Source: Sphyrna mokarran (Eukaryota). Taken from it: a stretch of DNA of 64,000 bases. The translations under genes were made by a program, and so were the position numbers. Each line of letters opens with the position of its first letter. Within the stretch, counting starts at the first letter, position 1. Location of the stretch: NCBI GenBank assembly GCA_024679065.1, contig JAGIQG010000077.1:1-64000 (forward strand), in the 5' to 3' direction. This document shows positions 63,400 through 64,000 of this stretch, in pieces. Below the pieces are notes generated by a model. That model did no database searches. It was given only the letters and a program-made list of their open reading frames with translations, and was not told where the DNA came from.

Positions 63400-63630
63400 A
63401 AAAGCAAAATACTGTGGATCCTGGAACCTGAAAGAAATATAGAAAAAACTGGAAGATCTCAGCAGGTCTGACAGCGTCTGAGGGGACAGAATAGGGCCAA
63501 CGTTTCGAGTCTAGATAACTTTTCGTCGGAGCTTTGAAGAAGGATCGTCTAGACTCGGAATGTTGGCTCAATTCTCTACCCACAGATGCTGTCAGAACTT
63601 CTGAGATTTTCCAGCATTTTCTGGTTTGGT
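63400..63630. repeat. Imperfect palindrome (~90-bp arms, centre agct at 63530-63533) made of two Penelope-type repeat halves
   Basis: The reverse complement of the left arm aligns with the right arm along its length. Confidence 0.85.
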
Positions 63631-63889
63631 ATAACGACTTAAGGCAGCAAGGGAGAAGCTGCTCTTCCGTCTGTTTGTACGTGATTTCAAACTTTGGTAT
63701 CATTTCCCCGATGAAAGAAGGTAGAATACATAGTGTCCGGGCTGAGTGGAGTCCTTGATTATGTTGACAGCTTCTCTAAGCCAGTGAGGAGTGTAGATTT
63801 ACTTCACTCCTTTTCGATTCTGTGACTCGATTTCGACCATCTGGATCCTCTATGTTTTCCAAACAGCCTGACATCTCCAATAATTTGGA

Positions 63890-64000
63890 GGTGGCAGCAT
63901 AGTGGTACAGTGTTTCGCAGTGCTGTCTCACAGGGCCAGGGAACCTCGTTCGATTCCTGCCTTGGGTGCCTGTCTCTGTGGAGTTAACACATTTCCCCCT
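63890..64000 (+). mobile_element. SINE head truncated by the window edge
   Basis: agtggtacagtg...ctcacagggccaggg...gttcgattcc. Confidence 0.7.

Overview
Repeat-rich vertebrate genomic DNA, most likely from a cartilaginous fish (shark), judged from the abundant young CR1 LINEs with (TTCTATG)n tails, HE1-type tRNA-derived SINEs, Rex1/Babar and Penelope-like relics, and four assembly gaps. Most long ORFs in the track are CR1 ORF2 fragments. Hidden among them on the minus strand is a cluster of antigen-receptor-like immunoglobulin-superfamily genes, reconstructed by hand from GT-AG splice sites and exon phases. Gene A: leader 4837-4891, pre-joined VJ 3923-4255, C1 3503-3832, probable 21-nt stalk exon 2181-2201; the rest lies left of the window. 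Gene B: leader 30477-30519, pre-joined VJ with FGxG 28608-28946, C1 28206-28517, TM 22833-22922; its tail is unresolved. Gene A': TM plus four cytoplasmic exons, 60177-57737, ending in a YASL motif; its ectodomain lies right of the window. V and J are fused in the germline, I found no RSS next to them, and both C1 domains share an atypical CxC F-strand. Intron homology between 1-1965 and 60453-62820 indicates that A and A' are segmental paralogs (A-B-A' order). The window also records several retroelement mechanisms: an apparent twin-priming 5' inversion in a CR1, a CR1-mediated tandem triplication, a nested in-frame CR1-in-CR1, and decayed hammerhead-ribozyme motifs in Penelope-type repeats, one pair of them in a palindrome.
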